Virus record (IMG/VR): IMGVR_UViG_3300027838_000002
Location: 1-64,000 of that record
Strand: one strand, 5' to 3'
Length of the DNA: 64,000 nucleotides
Source: a virus
Taxonomy: Duplodnaviria > Caudoviricetes
How positions within the stretch are numbered: position 1 is the first letter of the stretch; each line of letters starts with the position of its first letter. This document shows positions 20,453 through 31,102 of the stretch, one piece after another. The translations under genes and the position numbers were made by a program. Under the pieces are notes generated by a model. The model was given only the letters and a program-made list of their open reading frames with translations. It was not told the origin of the DNA and did not search any database.

Positions 20453-20734
20453 TCAGTTAATGTCAACGTTCTGCGCCTCGGCCATGGCTGTGATCCGTGC
20501 GTCATTCACGGCTTCTCGAACTTCGTGGTCAATGACGGCGGCACGGAGGATCTTCACTATGGTTTCCCTAAAATGCTCCGTCTGCGGCTGCGGATTGGGA
20601 ACCTCAGACTCTTCGCCCGTCGCCTCGTCGACCTCCATAATGGTGGCTTCCCATCCGTGGCAGTGGCAAAACGCGGTGTAAACACGATCAACCTGCTCAT
20701 CGGGAACTTCAATCTCTAGTGTTATCGTCGCCAT
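20453..20734 (-). CDS. hypothetical protein
   Basis: AGGAG SD. Confidence 0.65.
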   Translation of the reverse strand: MATITLEIEVPDEQVDRVYTAFCHCHGWEATIMEVDEATGEESEVPNPQPQTEHFRETIVKILRAAVIDHEVREAVNDARITAMAEAQNVDIN

Positions 20735-20786
20735 CTGGTTCTCCTATCTCTATTGGCGCCAATAGGACGCGCCCATGATACGCTGT

Positions 20787-20833
20787 GAAAAAAGAAATGA
20801 TACGAGTACCGCGATCCGTGCGGTACTCGTATC
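20787..20833 (-). terminator. intrinsic terminator
   Basis: 14-bp stem GATACGAGTACCGC/GCGGTACTCGTATC followed by ATTTCTTTTTT. Confidence 0.8.
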
Positions 20834-20893
20834 GGATTGCGCTGGGATTCAGTGTTGGAGGCTCACGTCATCCCCGCGGCCCGAGCAAAATAG

Positions 20894-22264
20894 TTACTCG
20901 GACTGCTGTTCGCGCACTGCTTCCCTAGCGGCATCCATCACCGCCTGAGAACGCCCCGGCCGAATCGCGGCGTCCTCTGGGATGCTTCCCGTGGGTACAA
21001 TTGGATCCTGCGTCTCGGCGGCCAAACCGGTGGCCGCACCGGTGGCCGCACCGGTGGCACCGCGCACAGAGCCAAACCCACCAGCAGTAGTTTCCGTGCT
21101 AGCGTCAGTAGTAGCCGGAGCGGCAGCGGCTGGCGCACCAAACGCCTCATCAGCGGTTGAGGCTGCTGCAACGGAATCCGACGTAGGCTGCTGGTAAGTG
21201 GTACCCGACTGCGTGAAACTAACAGAAGCTGCCAGCTTGGCCCGAACACGATCTGTGATCCATTCCGGGAAATCACGAAAACCGTATTCGATGACATCCG
21301 GCGCAAACGAGTCGCAGAGCAACGCAGCCTGATCTTCATCAGGCATGATGTTGATCAACTCATCCCAGGCCATGACCTTGCCACGGACCATGTCAGCTAC
21401 TCCGGACAGGTCAGCAGGGACGCTGTTCCATGCGTCATAGATAGTGCAACCAAATCCAAAGATACGGTTTTCACGCTCACCGGTGGTACGACTTTCACCG
21501 AAAGAACCACTCTGAGACTGCATCGAAGGATCGGCAGCGCCGCCAGCTTGGTAGAAGCTGATGAACTTACCCTTTCCCTCTTCAAGCGAGGTCGGGTCAC
21601 CATGGGTGAACATCTCATCCCAAGTGCCGTCGTCAGTAGCCCCATCTACCCTGGTATTCAGCAGGGTGGACAACCTGTCGTAGCACGATGGCCCCATCTC
21701 AAGCACGACGAGATCGTCATTCTGAGCTCCCCCGCGCGGAGGACTGTAGGTCTTCCCACGATGCTCCAGCAAGGCACCCTGCATGAGGTACAGATCAGAC
21801 GGAGCACGCAATTCTGCACCACGTCCGGATCCCCCCTCAAGAAGCGGAGCCCATGATGCGTCAGCCTGACCAGCATCACGTGCGCCCTTGATTGCACGGA
21901 ACAACACCCATGCCGGATTGGTTGCCGGGTCATAGGTCTCGTCACGAGGGTCGTACAGCAAATAGGTCAAACCCTTGCTGCCGAAGTTGCGTACTGCCGG
22001 ATACCCGCGAATCCAGTCCCCAAAATCATCAGGGGCTGACGAGTAACGGTATTCCGTTAGCTGCCCCTCATCTTCCTGGGCCACAACGGGATACGGTCTG
22101 AATACCGTTGTGGTGTGATTCCAGCTGGGAACCCACCCTTCCACTGAATTGCGGTAGCGGGGATTGAAAACGTAATCGCCCTGTCGTCCCTGCTTTTTAC
22201 TCTTTCCATGCTGTTTGAACTTGAAGGCCCCGCCTCCAGTAGATGGTCGTGCCGCGTGCGTCAT
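20894..22264 (-). CDS. putative ssDNA-binding protein
   Basis: lies between PolA and RecA, has own promoter and terminator, low-complexity tail; function inferred from context only. Confidence 0.4.
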   Translation of the reverse strand: MTHAARPSTGGGAFKFKQHGKSKKQGRQGDYVFNPRYRNSVEGWVPSWNHTTTVFRPYPVVAQEDEGQLTEYRYSSAPDDFGDWIRGYPAVRNFGSKGLTYLLYDPRDETYDPATNPAWVLFRAIKGARDAGQADASWAPLLEGGSGRGAELRAPSDLYLMQGALLEHRGKTYSPPRGGAQNDDLVVLEMGPSCYDRLSTLLNTRVDGATDDGTWDEMFTHGDPTSLEEGKGKFISFYQAGGAADPSMQSQSGSFGESRTTGERENRIFGFGCTIYDAWNSVPADLSGVADMVRGKVMAWDELINIMPDEDQAALLCDSFAPDVIEYGFRDFPEWITDRVRAKLAASVSFTQSGTTYQQPTSDSVAAASTADEAFGAPAAAAPATTDASTETTAGGFGSVRGATGAATGAATGLAAETQDPIVPTGSIPEDAAIRPGRSQAVMDAAREAVREQQSE

Positions 22265-22325
22265 GGTCGCTTCCTTTTTCAATTTTCCGAAAAAACGATT
22301 TCTTGCTTACATTGCTGAAGAACCC

Positions 22326-22354
22326 ATTATAGTTCAGGTATGAGCTGAATTCAA
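22326..22354 (-). promoter_or_regulatory. sigma70-type promoter
   Basis: TTGAAT-17 nt-TATAAT on minus strand. Confidence 0.75.
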
Positions 22355-22372
22355 CAACACAGTGCAAACAAA

Positions 22373-22561
22373 TCAAGATGCTTTTCTCTTCACCTTTCTG
22401 AGTTGATGCGCCTTGCGCATACGGTCCTCAGCGTTATCAGGCACATCACGCGGCTCACCGGTGAATATGTCGCAGTTGCCGTCTGCGCGCTCTCCATAGA
22501 GCAATATCCGGTCGTCGCGGGTTGGATCCTCCGGCAGTGATGGAGCTTTGCTAGTAGCCAT
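22373..22561 (-). CDS. hypothetical protein
   Basis: MATSKAP start coupled to polA stop. Confidence 0.55.
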   Translation of the reverse strand: MATSKAPSLPEDPTRDDRILLYGERADGNCDIFTGEPRDVPDNAEDRMRKAHQLRKVKRKAS

Positions 22562-25500
22562 CACTCTTCCTCCTCTATGAACTGCGCCACCTCGGCCGGA
22601 CTCAGGGTCTGACCCCAGTAACGACATACATCTACATCAGTGGATAGGTAGTACGGACCTGGTTGCCCTTCCTGCCAAAGCGTGCCATCGATGTCATTCG
22701 GATATACCGGGACATCTTCGGTCATGCACTTGGGCAATACGACTTCACACACTTCCTGCATGTGCCGATACGGCACTTCAAGAAGGACGGCATCATGAAT
22801 CTGCAACACGATCCGGTAATCAACATCATGGTGCTTGCGATACTCGTAGAGATTGTGCAGCGCAAGACTCATTGCGTCAGCCACAAGGGACTGAATCGGG
22901 AAGTTCTGCGCCTGCCGTTCTGCCTCGCCGACCTTGGAACGGAGATCCGGAGAAATCTCATAGAAGCGCCTGTACCGCCCAAAGGCATTACGCAACCACC
23001 TCTGATCCGTGGCACGCTCGCGGCATTTGGATAAGAATCCTTCGACGCCGGGATATGTCTCAAAGTAATTGTTGATCAGTAGCTGCGCTTCAGATTCGAC
23101 GATATCCACGCCCTCTTCACGACACTGCCGCGCGATTGCAGCTGCGCCACGTCCGTATGGTATCCCGAAGTTCACGTTCTTCGCCGCAACCCGCATACCG
23201 GAAACCCCAGCATCCTTGAGTCCGCTCTTGGTTGGCAGGCAGTCCAGGCGAAACGCACGGACTGCTGCCTGGGAATGGATGTCATAGTGGTCGTCATGGA
23301 CCTCAGGAAGCATGTTCCTGCGTACATGTTCGATGCCAGTGGGGTCATCAGCCAACCACATGATCGCAGCCAGTTCGGCTCCCGTATAATCAGCCTCCAC
23401 CAGCAAGTGACCAGGACTGGCCGCAAAGATACTCCGGATTGGATACTCGTACCGCTCACCTATGATGCGGCGGTAATCGTCTTCACGCCGTTTGCTTATG
23501 TTCTGAAGATTGGGGCGTGCCGAAGACGCTCGCCCAGTCTCCAAGATCTGCATCAGGTGCGTGTGGATACGCCCGTCGCTGCTGACGTGGGACAGAAGAC
23601 CCTGCTTGTAAATCTTGTCCCCATCATCGTCGAGCTCGGGCAAACCTTGCTCGTCCACCACGGAATGTCGCAAGGTGGTTTTCAATACCTGGTCCAAGAA
23701 CCGAATGTCCCGGATCTGCGCAGCAATCGGATGCTGCTGGCCCAGGATACCCAAGGTCTCACGGTTGGTTGATGGGGTGTGCAGGTGCTCCTCGTTCCGG
23801 GTACAAATGTCGTCCCAGCTCTGTGGACGTGCGCCCGTGCTAGTGATGGGCTGCAGATTGAGCGTCACAACGCCGTCAGGGCGCATCAACTGCTGCGTGC
23901 CGTCGGGTAACATCTTGAACGCGTGCCGATCTCCGAACAGGACAGCGCGACAATGATGCGATGACGCAGGATTGAACTCAGCCCACCCAAGCTCTGCCCG
24001 CAACGACTCCACTTCACGAGATTTTGCTTCACTGAACAACCTGATCAAGTGCTCTGCCCGTTCCATGTCTACGAGCAGCCCACTTTGCTCCATCTCAAGG
24101 AAAGCCAGCGATGCCTTGTGACTAGTGGCATAAGCATCTCTGCAGTCATTACCGAACTCATCAGAGTTCAGCTCCTCGTCGAAGACGGAGTACAGGCGCC
24201 TGGTGACGTCTGCGTCGTAGTTAGCGTACGGATGCAAAACCTCTGCAGGACACTCACCGTATCCCTCCATGTCCTTGGCGGTTATCCCATTCTGTTTACA
24301 GTAATCAGTCTTCCACTGCTCCAGCTCCGTGTCGTACCGAGGACACCCAGTACGTCGAACAGCCTGCTCTTCCAGTTTGAACCTGGTTGTCTCGTGTAGT
24401 GCGTGGCACATCAACGATGTGTCAAAGCCATCAGCATATTGCTCACGTAGATCCAGCCCCAGCTTGTGTCTGAGCCATGGGAGATCCGACCTGAAGAAAT
24501 GACCACCGACCTTCACGCCAGGTCGAGCAAACAAGCGGCTGAGCTGACGTGCCGCGGCATCAATTGACGGCACAAAGGCTGATTCCCCGCCTGCATGATT
24601 CAGCACGACACACACGGCAAACTTTGACCGGTGTGACCACTGAACGGTACGCAAGTAGGAGTTGGGCTCCCACGGGTAATCACCATGCCACTCGGCATCG
24701 ACCGCGATCACGTCACCACTCGGGTCAGCTAACGCTTCATCCACGAGACGAGCTAGCTCGCGCTCCTTGTACACAACGTGATGCTCGATATCATCTTCGG
24801 CGAAACCAATCGGCTGCCCGTGCGCCAGTGAGTAAAATTGCCTGATCGTGCCCAGCAGTTCATCGTACCTTTCAGGAGTGTGATGCACGGCAGCAGGGTG
24901 TACCGCGGTCATGACACGCGCAGTGTGGTGTTCCGGTGTTGCGCCCAGCTCGTGGGTTGGGAACTCATAGTCCATCACCCGCCCCTTCATGGCCTCGACG
25001 CCGTACCCGCGCCCAAGCAGGCACTTACTCGCTTCGCTGCCAAGACACAGGATGTAATCTGGACGTGTCAGTCGCAGCTCCTGCTGCAGAATGATCTCAC
25101 AGTTTTTAACCCACGCAGCAGGCAGTGCCCCGCTGCTGGCCCGCGGACTGACATGGCGTACCACGTTAGTCATGTACCACTCGGAAGCTTCTGATTCAGG
25201 TATTCCTGCTTCACCAACAGCCTTGTAGAGCGGCTCACTGATGGGGCCAACGAAGTTACGCCTGCCCGTGGGCCAGCTGATTGCATTAACGCTCGGCTGC
25301 TTACCGATAACCATCACCTTCGGGTAGTGCTCTGAGAGCGCCACCGGCCCGCTCGCCTCCTGCCCCCATGGATGCCCCACTACAAAATCAACAACGTGCT
25401 GCTGACCCTTGTGCGACACCGTCAGCGCGAACTGACTGTCATACAGCGCCCGCCAGTACAGGTATTTCAGGTATTTGCCCGGGTTCGTGATACTACGTTC

Positions 25501-25695
25501 ACTGACCCGTCCTTTTGTGTACGCAGGCTCGGGATCTCCGAGACTCTGCGATGCAGCAATAAAGTCAGGACCAGGGAGCGGCATCCCAGGGCTGTTTAAC
25601 GCGTACAATGGGTATTCGTCAAAAAGCCCGTCGACGTCGTCGGCCAACAGCAGTTGCCGAAACTCCGCGTCCAACATGGGAAACGTCGGTTGCAT
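22561..25695 (-). CDS. polA: family A DNA polymerase with N-terminal uracil-DNA-glycosylase-like domain and 3'-5' exonuclease
   Basis: UDG: VIGKQP..FVGP..TNVV..HPAAV; Exo: VDAEW, YANYDAD; Pol motifs A EADYTGAEL, B RVAAKNVNFGIPYG, C QIHDAV. Confidence 0.95.
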   Translation of the reverse strand: MQPTFPMLDAEFRQLLLADDVDGLFDEYPLYALNSPGMPLPGPDFIAASQSLGDPEPAYTKGRVSERSITNPGKYLKYLYWRALYDSQFALTVSHKGQQHVVDFVVGHPWGQEASGPVALSEHYPKVMVIGKQPSVNAISWPTGRRNFVGPISEPLYKAVGEAGIPESEASEWYMTNVVRHVSPRASSGALPAAWVKNCEIILQQELRLTRPDYILCLGSEASKCLLGRGYGVEAMKGRVMDYEFPTHELGATPEHHTARVMTAVHPAAVHHTPERYDELLGTIRQFYSLAHGQPIGFAEDDIEHHVVYKERELARLVDEALADPSGDVIAVDAEWHGDYPWEPNSYLRTVQWSHRSKFAVCVVLNHAGGESAFVPSIDAAARQLSRLFARPGVKVGGHFFRSDLPWLRHKLGLDLREQYADGFDTSLMCHALHETTRFKLEEQAVRRTGCPRYDTELEQWKTDYCKQNGITAKDMEGYGECPAEVLHPYANYDADVTRRLYSVFDEELNSDEFGNDCRDAYATSHKASLAFLEMEQSGLLVDMERAEHLIRLFSEAKSREVESLRAELGWAEFNPASSHHCRAVLFGDRHAFKMLPDGTQQLMRPDGVVTLNLQPITSTGARPQSWDDICTRNEEHLHTPSTNRETLGILGQQHPIAAQIRDIRFLDQVLKTTLRHSVVDEQGLPELDDDGDKIYKQGLLSHVSSDGRIHTHLMQILETGRASSARPNLQNISKRREDDYRRIIGERYEYPIRSIFAASPGHLLVEADYTGAELAAIMWLADDPTGIEHVRRNMLPEVHDDHYDIHSQAAVRAFRLDCLPTKSGLKDAGVSGMRVAAKNVNFGIPYGRGAAAIARQCREEGVDIVESEAQLLINNYFETYPGVEGFLSKCRERATDQRWLRNAFGRYRRFYEISPDLRSKVGEAERQAQNFPIQSLVADAMSLALHNLYEYRKHHDVDYRIVLQIHDAVLLEVPYRHMQEVCEVVLPKCMTEDVPVYPNDIDGTLWQEGQPGPYYLSTDVDVCRYWGQTLSPAEVAQFIEEEE

Positions 25696-26773
25696 TTGCC
25701 TCTACTCGAAGTTGTACTCCACGCTCGCGCGCTGAGTTGTGAATAATTTCCCAAAGGGTATCTCGGTCAAAATCTGCGGGGTCTTTACCCGCCGGAAGTT
25801 GTACCGGCACGACACCACCAGACATGACGGGCAATAACCGCGCGGTAACGGCATCAATCTCTTTAGATGCATCGCCATCGAACATGATCACGGCGACACC
25901 ACCCGACCAGGTTTCCGCCATCAACCGGGCTTGCATCTCATGCAAACTCTTCCCAAAAACAGCCACGGCCTGCGGACCAACTGACCATACGTCTGTAGCA
26001 CCCTCGACCAGCACAACGGGGTAATGCCGTGACGCAACATCGTAGTTGTACAGAATCCGTCGCTTGGGCATCTTTGGTCGCGTGTAGTACTTGGGTATGC
26101 CGGTGTAGTTCCAGTTGGCATCCCCGATGTACCTACACTGCCAGCCTACCAGCTCGCCGTGCAGATGCACCGGCGCCACTATCCGGTTGGTAGCGGTGGG
26201 GTATTCAGGCCGCGCCACCTCGCAGTACGAGATATTGAAAACGCTATCCAGCTCGTTGATGTCGTAACCACGCTCCTCCAGATAAAGGATCGCGGCGTGC
26301 TGGCTCGGCAGATCACGCAGACGTATCACTGACCCGGGAGGGTCTACTGCAGACAGCGAAATGGGCACCTCTTCGCCACCGGCGTGCACCATGGTATCCC
26401 GCCGACGTCTCCAGTTGATTCCGCGATACACCATGTTCTCGAACTGGTGCCTGCGCGCAGCGGAACTGATGCAGCCCTCGTTGTAACAAATGGCGAGATG
26501 CAGATTCTTACTCCGTTGGACCTCATCGTATACGCCGAATCGATGATTCACCCAAAGACGATGCCGCGCGTCATTGCAGAAGGGGCAACACACGCGGTAG
26601 TACTCACCGTAAGCTACGGCTGGTGCGTTACGCTCTCCTTCTCGAATGCTCATGGAGCGCAACGAGGGAATGTAGGCCTCTCCCTGATTGGCAACCATTA
26701 CCAACCCGAACTCTCGCGTTAACCTCTCGTAGAGAGTTGGGTTTAACGGCTTCACCGTGCTGTCCATCATCAA
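25619..26773 (-). CDS. dnaG: DnaG-type primase
   Basis: CCPFC Zn finger, TOPRIM VLVEGATD, MFDGDA, KDPAD. Confidence 0.9.
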   Translation of the reverse strand: MMMDSTVKPLNPTLYERLTREFGLVMVANQGEAYIPSLRSMSIREGERNAPAVAYGEYYRVCCPFCNDARHRLWVNHRFGVYDEVQRSKNLHLAICYNEGCISSAARRHQFENMVYRGINWRRRRDTMVHAGGEEVPISLSAVDPPGSVIRLRDLPSQHAAILYLEERGYDINELDSVFNISYCEVARPEYPTATNRIVAPVHLHGELVGWQCRYIGDANWNYTGIPKYYTRPKMPKRRILYNYDVASRHYPVVLVEGATDVWSVGPQAVAVFGKSLHEMQARLMAETWSGGVAVIMFDGDASKEIDAVTARLLPVMSGGVVPVQLPAGKDPADFDRDTLWEIIHNSARERGVQLRVEANATDVSHVGRGVSATAVGRRRRRAF

Positions 26774-28443
26774 ATCCCATGAAAGTCCGTTCCATCTGTT
26801 GAGTACTGACGATAACTCCGTACCTGACCTTGTGCGGGGGCGTCGGTAGTGCCCTGAAAACGATCCGCAACTTCCTTTGCCAGAATGGAACCAGTCTGCT
26901 TATCCACTCTGTGTGTAGCCTCTGCCGACACAATTTTCACCATGTCACCAGCTATCCTGAGCAGCATAGGTGGCTGCGGGTCACCCGCTCGCCGCCGCTT
27001 GGTGACCTGCATCCGCAGACAGTGATTTACCGGGTCACGATTTCCAAAGCACACACAGAACGATAAGTACATCGCGAACGACTTGGACTCACTAGCTTGC
27101 GAATGATGTAACAGCTTAGCGGGGGACTTCTCGTTAGCCTCGCCAGAGAACTGATGCATAACCCATACCGGAATATCGTACTTCTCGGCGATCTTACGCT
27201 TGATCTCATCGGGAAACATGGTGACCAGGTGCCGCAGGTTAGTAACATCACCGAGGCTGTCCCCGATGCGCCGCATGCACGCGGCATACACGTAATCCAC
27301 GACGACTAACGCCGGTCTTGAATCTGTCTCTCGACCGTCACGGGCCACCGCTGCCACAATCTCTTCCACGAATCCAGAGCCGATATCACCAGGTTGCCCG
27401 CCTTGCTGACAAAAGTCCACAATACGCATGCACTTATTGAGCATAGGGCGTGCGTCCACGTATCGCTCGTACTCGCCCTTGGGCTCCGGGTCCGCCATAC
27501 GTTCTTCTCTCGTACGATTCGCAAATCGTTCTTCTTCGTACGGCTTGTAGTCACCACGTCGACTCAGGTCGGTTTCCGGATCAGTCATGTTCTTGACAGT
27601 GTCGAGAGCAATACTCGCCGCGCAAGAAAGCATACGCTGGCGGATATACTCCTCAGTCTGCTCATAGCTGACCAAATAAACCTGCCGGGGTGATCTCCCC
27701 TCTTCTGCCGCTATCATCATCTCACTCTTCATTGCCTCGACGCAGAGATGTATAGCTAACGTGGTTTTACCGCTGCCTAGCGGAGCAATCACACCATTCA
27801 CTTCTCCCGGCGCGTGACCCCCATCCATGTACCGATCCAGGAATTCGAGCCCCGTGGTAAACGATCGCGTTGGTTTTGGTGTCCAGTCGTCCGGTATACC
27901 GGCTTTGACTGGGTTATGTGACACACTGCCGATCTTATTCAGCTGATCGGAAATTGGCTGAAGCAACCCCATCAAGTTTGATGGAGTACCACTGATGTGT
28001 GTGAATATCTTTCGTAACTCATCCGCCACCGTACGCTCTTCCATAAACTGGCGCAGCAGCTGTCGTCCGGTGTCCAGATCAAGCTTACCAGGGACCACCC
28101 GCTCGAACGTCCAGTACAACATGCCAGGGTCGCTGGGATCCTCGCGCATGATGTTTTCGTACTCTTCACCGGACAGGCCTTCGGGATCGTCGTTGATCAA
28201 CTTATCGACCACATCGACCATGGATGTATACGACAATTCACCACCACGTTCATGGAGCATAATTGCTGCGCGCCAGATCGCCGCGAACCCTAGCTCCTGG
28301 GTACTGAAGTGTTCTGGCTTGAGCAGCTTGGCCGCCTCCTGAAAAAGGATTGGATTCGTCAAGATCCGCACCATCAATGATTCCAGCATCCGTGGATTAA
28401 CGCGACCCTGCACGTAGCCTGGGTCCAGTCTTTGCTTGTCCAT
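26770..28443 (-). CDS. dnaB: DnaB-like replicative helicase
   Basis: APLGSGKTT Walker A, VSYE, VVVDY, IPVWVMHQ. Confidence 0.9.
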   Translation of the reverse strand: MDKQRLDPGYVQGRVNPRMLESLMVRILTNPILFQEAAKLLKPEHFSTQELGFAAIWRAAIMLHERGGELSYTSMVDVVDKLINDDPEGLSGEEYENIMREDPSDPGMLYWTFERVVPGKLDLDTGRQLLRQFMEERTVADELRKIFTHISGTPSNLMGLLQPISDQLNKIGSVSHNPVKAGIPDDWTPKPTRSFTTGLEFLDRYMDGGHAPGEVNGVIAPLGSGKTTLAIHLCVEAMKSEMMIAAEEGRSPRQVYLVSYEQTEEYIRQRMLSCAASIALDTVKNMTDPETDLSRRGDYKPYEEERFANRTREERMADPEPKGEYERYVDARPMLNKCMRIVDFCQQGGQPGDIGSGFVEEIVAAVARDGRETDSRPALVVVDYVYAACMRRIGDSLGDVTNLRHLVTMFPDEIKRKIAEKYDIPVWVMHQFSGEANEKSPAKLLHHSQASESKSFAMYLSFCVCFGNRDPVNHCLRMQVTKRRRAGDPQPPMLLRIAGDMVKIVSAEATHRVDKQTGSILAKEVADRFQGTTDAPAQGQVRSYRQYSTDGTDFHGI

Positions 28444-28464
28444 TTCAAACTCCGTTTTGTAGCA

Positions 28465-29214
28465 TCACGACGCGCGCAGCGCCGCATCAAGATTGTCAGC
28501 TATATTCTTGACGACGACAGGAATGAAATCCTGCCATGCCGTGTCGTAGGCGTCCCTGTCAAACAGATACTGCCACGTTGCCGCATCTTCAAAATGCGTA
28601 GTCCATTCGGGGTAATCCACCTGAGCAGCAGCGCACACCCGGAACATCGGGGTAAGTGCCATCTGGGTGCTTATCAACGTCCGGTACATCGCGGACGAAA
28701 GATCCAACGGATCCACTTCAGCGTTCTGCAGCTGAAACACCTCGCGCTTGGTGAGCTGCCGCTGTACGCTCAGCTCAACTTGAAGCTGGTGCGCCTGCTC
28801 AGCAGTGTGCTGTGCGTACTTGGCCCCCAAGTTATCACTCATCAGCCACGGAGGAATTGGTGGCTTACCACCTTCCCACGTGCTGAACACCAGCGGTATC
28901 AGAGTGTAGGGATTCATCTTACCGCTAACGACGTGCTTGGCGATGCTAGGCCAAATAGCCTTCTTAACTCGGCGACCGCTGGGAGTTTCCCCGCCGTCCC
29001 AACTAGGAATAGGCCTGTTACCATAATTGGATTGCATCCCCTTTGTCTGAAACTGCCACGCACGGTACTCGCGCACCCACAAGGTGCGTATCAACGCAGC
29101 CAGCTTAGAGACCGGCGGCGCTACGGACTGGTACTCCGCCTCGGGCTGGTTCAGTTCTGCTGCGATGTCAGACATAGTTACACGTACGATTCCGCTCCGA
29201 ACTGGCTGGGCCAA
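28465..29214 (-). CDS. hypothetical protein (possible helicase loader)
   Basis: ORF upstream of dnaB; role is contextual only. Confidence 0.55.
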   Translation of the reverse strand: MAQPVRSGIVRVTMSDIAAELNQPEAEYQSVAPPVSKLAALIRTLWVREYRAWQFQTKGMQSNYGNRPIPSWDGGETPSGRRVKKAIWPSIAKHVVSGKMNPYTLIPLVFSTWEGGKPPIPPWLMSDNLGAKYAQHTAEQAHQLQVELSVQRQLTKREVFQLQNAEVDPLDLSSAMYRTLISTQMALTPMFRVCAAAQVDYPEWTTHFEDAATWQYLFDRDAYDTAWQDFIPVVVKNIADNLDAALRAS

Positions 29215-29525
29215 CCACGCTCACTCGCTTCCCTGAAAGCCTCGATGAAGTTCTCTGATGTAAGCCCCTCAGTTGGAGCGACCTCAGTCTCTTCAAAATC
29301 CTCGACGTCGAGTTCACACCAACAATGGTCCGCCGCAGGGTGCGGGAAATTACTTTGATCCGCCCCCGGATGACCCAGGCTTACATCAGCAGGACAAAAG
29401 TAGGCTTCATCATCCAGGTAATCAGCGATATCTTCGAAGCTGACGTCTCCTTCGACGACTACTTCGGCGTACGATTTCCAGTTATCCGCATCTCTGTACA
29501 TGTATGAGACATTGGTGTTAGACAT
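29178..29525 (-). CDS. hypothetical acidic protein
   Basis: YMYRDADNWK motif. Confidence 0.65.
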   Translation of the reverse strand: MSNTNVSYMYRDADNWKSYAEVVVEGDVSFEDIADYLDDEAYFCPADVSLGHPGADQSNFPHPAADHCWCELDVEDFEETEVAPTEGLTSENFIEAFREASERGWPSQFGAESYV

Positions 29526-31041
29526 CTGCTACCTCCTGCGCCGAAAGCTTAATCTGCACCCATCCCTTCTTGGCATAGTTGCGATAACGCTTCTGGCTCT
29601 TGTTCTTGAGCGTACGATCAAAGTTATCCATGCAGTCGACTACTATGCCTTTCTGCTTACCTGACTCCTCGTGAATACGCGCCACACGTCCCGGCGCTTG
29701 GGTATCAAGGATTTCACTACCCCGGGCGTCCGCCCTAACCAGCACAGCCAACTGCTCAAAACTCACGCCAGTCGACCACACATCCGTAGCAATCACTTTC
29801 TTATACAGCTTGTCTTCGAACCCCATTCGAAGCTCTTCTCGTCGATCAGGGGTGACAGGCTCGTAATCCTCTGGAAGCATTCCGTTACGTTGGTAGCGCT
29901 CGATATCTTCTGCTTCGATGCTGGCGTAGCAAAGCTCATACTCCGGCAGCTCCTGCCAGAGATAGATCGCATGCTCTATGGTTTCCACCAATATCAGCAC
30001 TTGGTCGTCATCAGCGTAGGAGCGTACGGCGGAGGCGATTAACGCATTCCGATTCGCGTTTCTCCATATCCCATGACGCTTTTTAGGCACTCCCTCCATT
30101 CCGGCGCACGGTGATGCACCCTGAACCGGCAGCCAGATGACTTGGATGGGAACGACAAGACCAAGCTCAGTAGCTTCAGCCCACGACATCTCAAAGATTT
30201 TCGGTCCGAACAGGTATTCCAGCTTGGCATCAGATCCGTCTGCACGGCCTTCGGGCGTAGCTGTCAGGCCGTAATTTCTGCTCAGCGTATACATCTTAGA
30301 GATGGCTGCAGAGTGTTTCGGGCTCATCAGCTCATGGACCTCGTCCGCCAGCAGGATGTCACAATCACCGCTGCTGTGGTGTAACGAGTCCGCCGTGAAC
30401 ACGGTAACACGTGCCTCTTCCCGTTTGCCGCCGCCGACTTGCCCGACGCTGGGAAGAAACCGCCTCAACGCCCGCACGGTACGCTGAACGACATCCTTCC
30501 GCCTGGTCACGATATGAATCTTGGCCTTCGGGAAAAGCAGGCCCACCATCGCCATCAGGTGAGATTTACCGAACGCCGGTGGGGCGTCGATGATCCCATA
30601 TTCGTTCTCCACTATAGCTCGCAAGCACTCTTCCTGGCGTGCACGGAACTCGATGTTCCTGCGTACGTTGTCCCAGTCTTCCTCGAACGCGTTTACGCGA
30701 GGGCTTGGGGGCGTGTAGTCGACAAAATCGATGGTGTACCCGGCCGCGCCCAAGATCGACTGAATTTTCTGCAAGTAGCCGCAGCAGGTAACGATCTTGT
30801 TGTCACGGATACGATACAACTTCGTACGCGTTTGCTTCGTCGTATGACGCTGCCCTGTAACCTCGTCACGTTGTGCGTATCCGTACAGGAACTGTACGTA
30901 CGTATACGTCATCGCTGGACGTAGCAGCGAAAAAACGTGCGATTCCTCGACGGCGCTTCCGTCGGAGTACGACACCTCTAGCATTGTGCCGTACTTGCGA
31001 ACCAGTACATCTTGTGTCACGGCATTTAAACTCCACCCCAT
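29518..31041 (-). CDS. SF2 DEAD/H helicase (UvsW-like)
   Basis: APPAFGKS, DEVH, GLTATP, QAPGRVAR. Confidence 0.9.
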   Translation of the reverse strand: MGWSLNAVTQDVLVRKYGTMLEVSYSDGSAVEESHVFSLLRPAMTYTYVQFLYGYAQRDEVTGQRHTTKQTRTKLYRIRDNKIVTCCGYLQKIQSILGAAGYTIDFVDYTPPSPRVNAFEEDWDNVRRNIEFRARQEECLRAIVENEYGIIDAPPAFGKSHLMAMVGLLFPKAKIHIVTRRKDVVQRTVRALRRFLPSVGQVGGGKREEARVTVFTADSLHHSSGDCDILLADEVHELMSPKHSAAISKMYTLSRNYGLTATPEGRADGSDAKLEYLFGPKIFEMSWAEATELGLVVPIQVIWLPVQGASPCAGMEGVPKKRHGIWRNANRNALIASAVRSYADDDQVLILVETIEHAIYLWQELPEYELCYASIEAEDIERYQRNGMLPEDYEPVTPDRREELRMGFEDKLYKKVIATDVWSTGVSFEQLAVLVRADARGSEILDTQAPGRVARIHEESGKQKGIVVDCMDNFDRTLKNKSQKRYRNYAKKGWVQIKLSAQEVADV

Positions 31042-31067
31042 ATTGTGCTTACTGGGGTGGAATTGAC

Positions 31068-31096
31068 TTGCCAGGCTCGCAAATAGCGCTTACAGT
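31068..31096 (+). promoter_or_regulatory. sigma70-type promoter for candidate sRNA
   Basis: TTGCCA-17 nt-TACAGT. Confidence 0.5.
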
Positions 31097-31102
31097 AAGC
31101 GT

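Noticed and set aside
20799-20833. GAGTACCG/GGTACTCG resembling the loop repeat
   Set aside because: Part of a perfect terminator stem; no edge repeat at the 37-nt spacing.
23008-23026. Possible self-target in polA for the tasA-linked guide (ACGCTCGCGGCA)
   Set aside because: Spacer B matches but spacer A has 4 mismatches; not distinguishable from chance.
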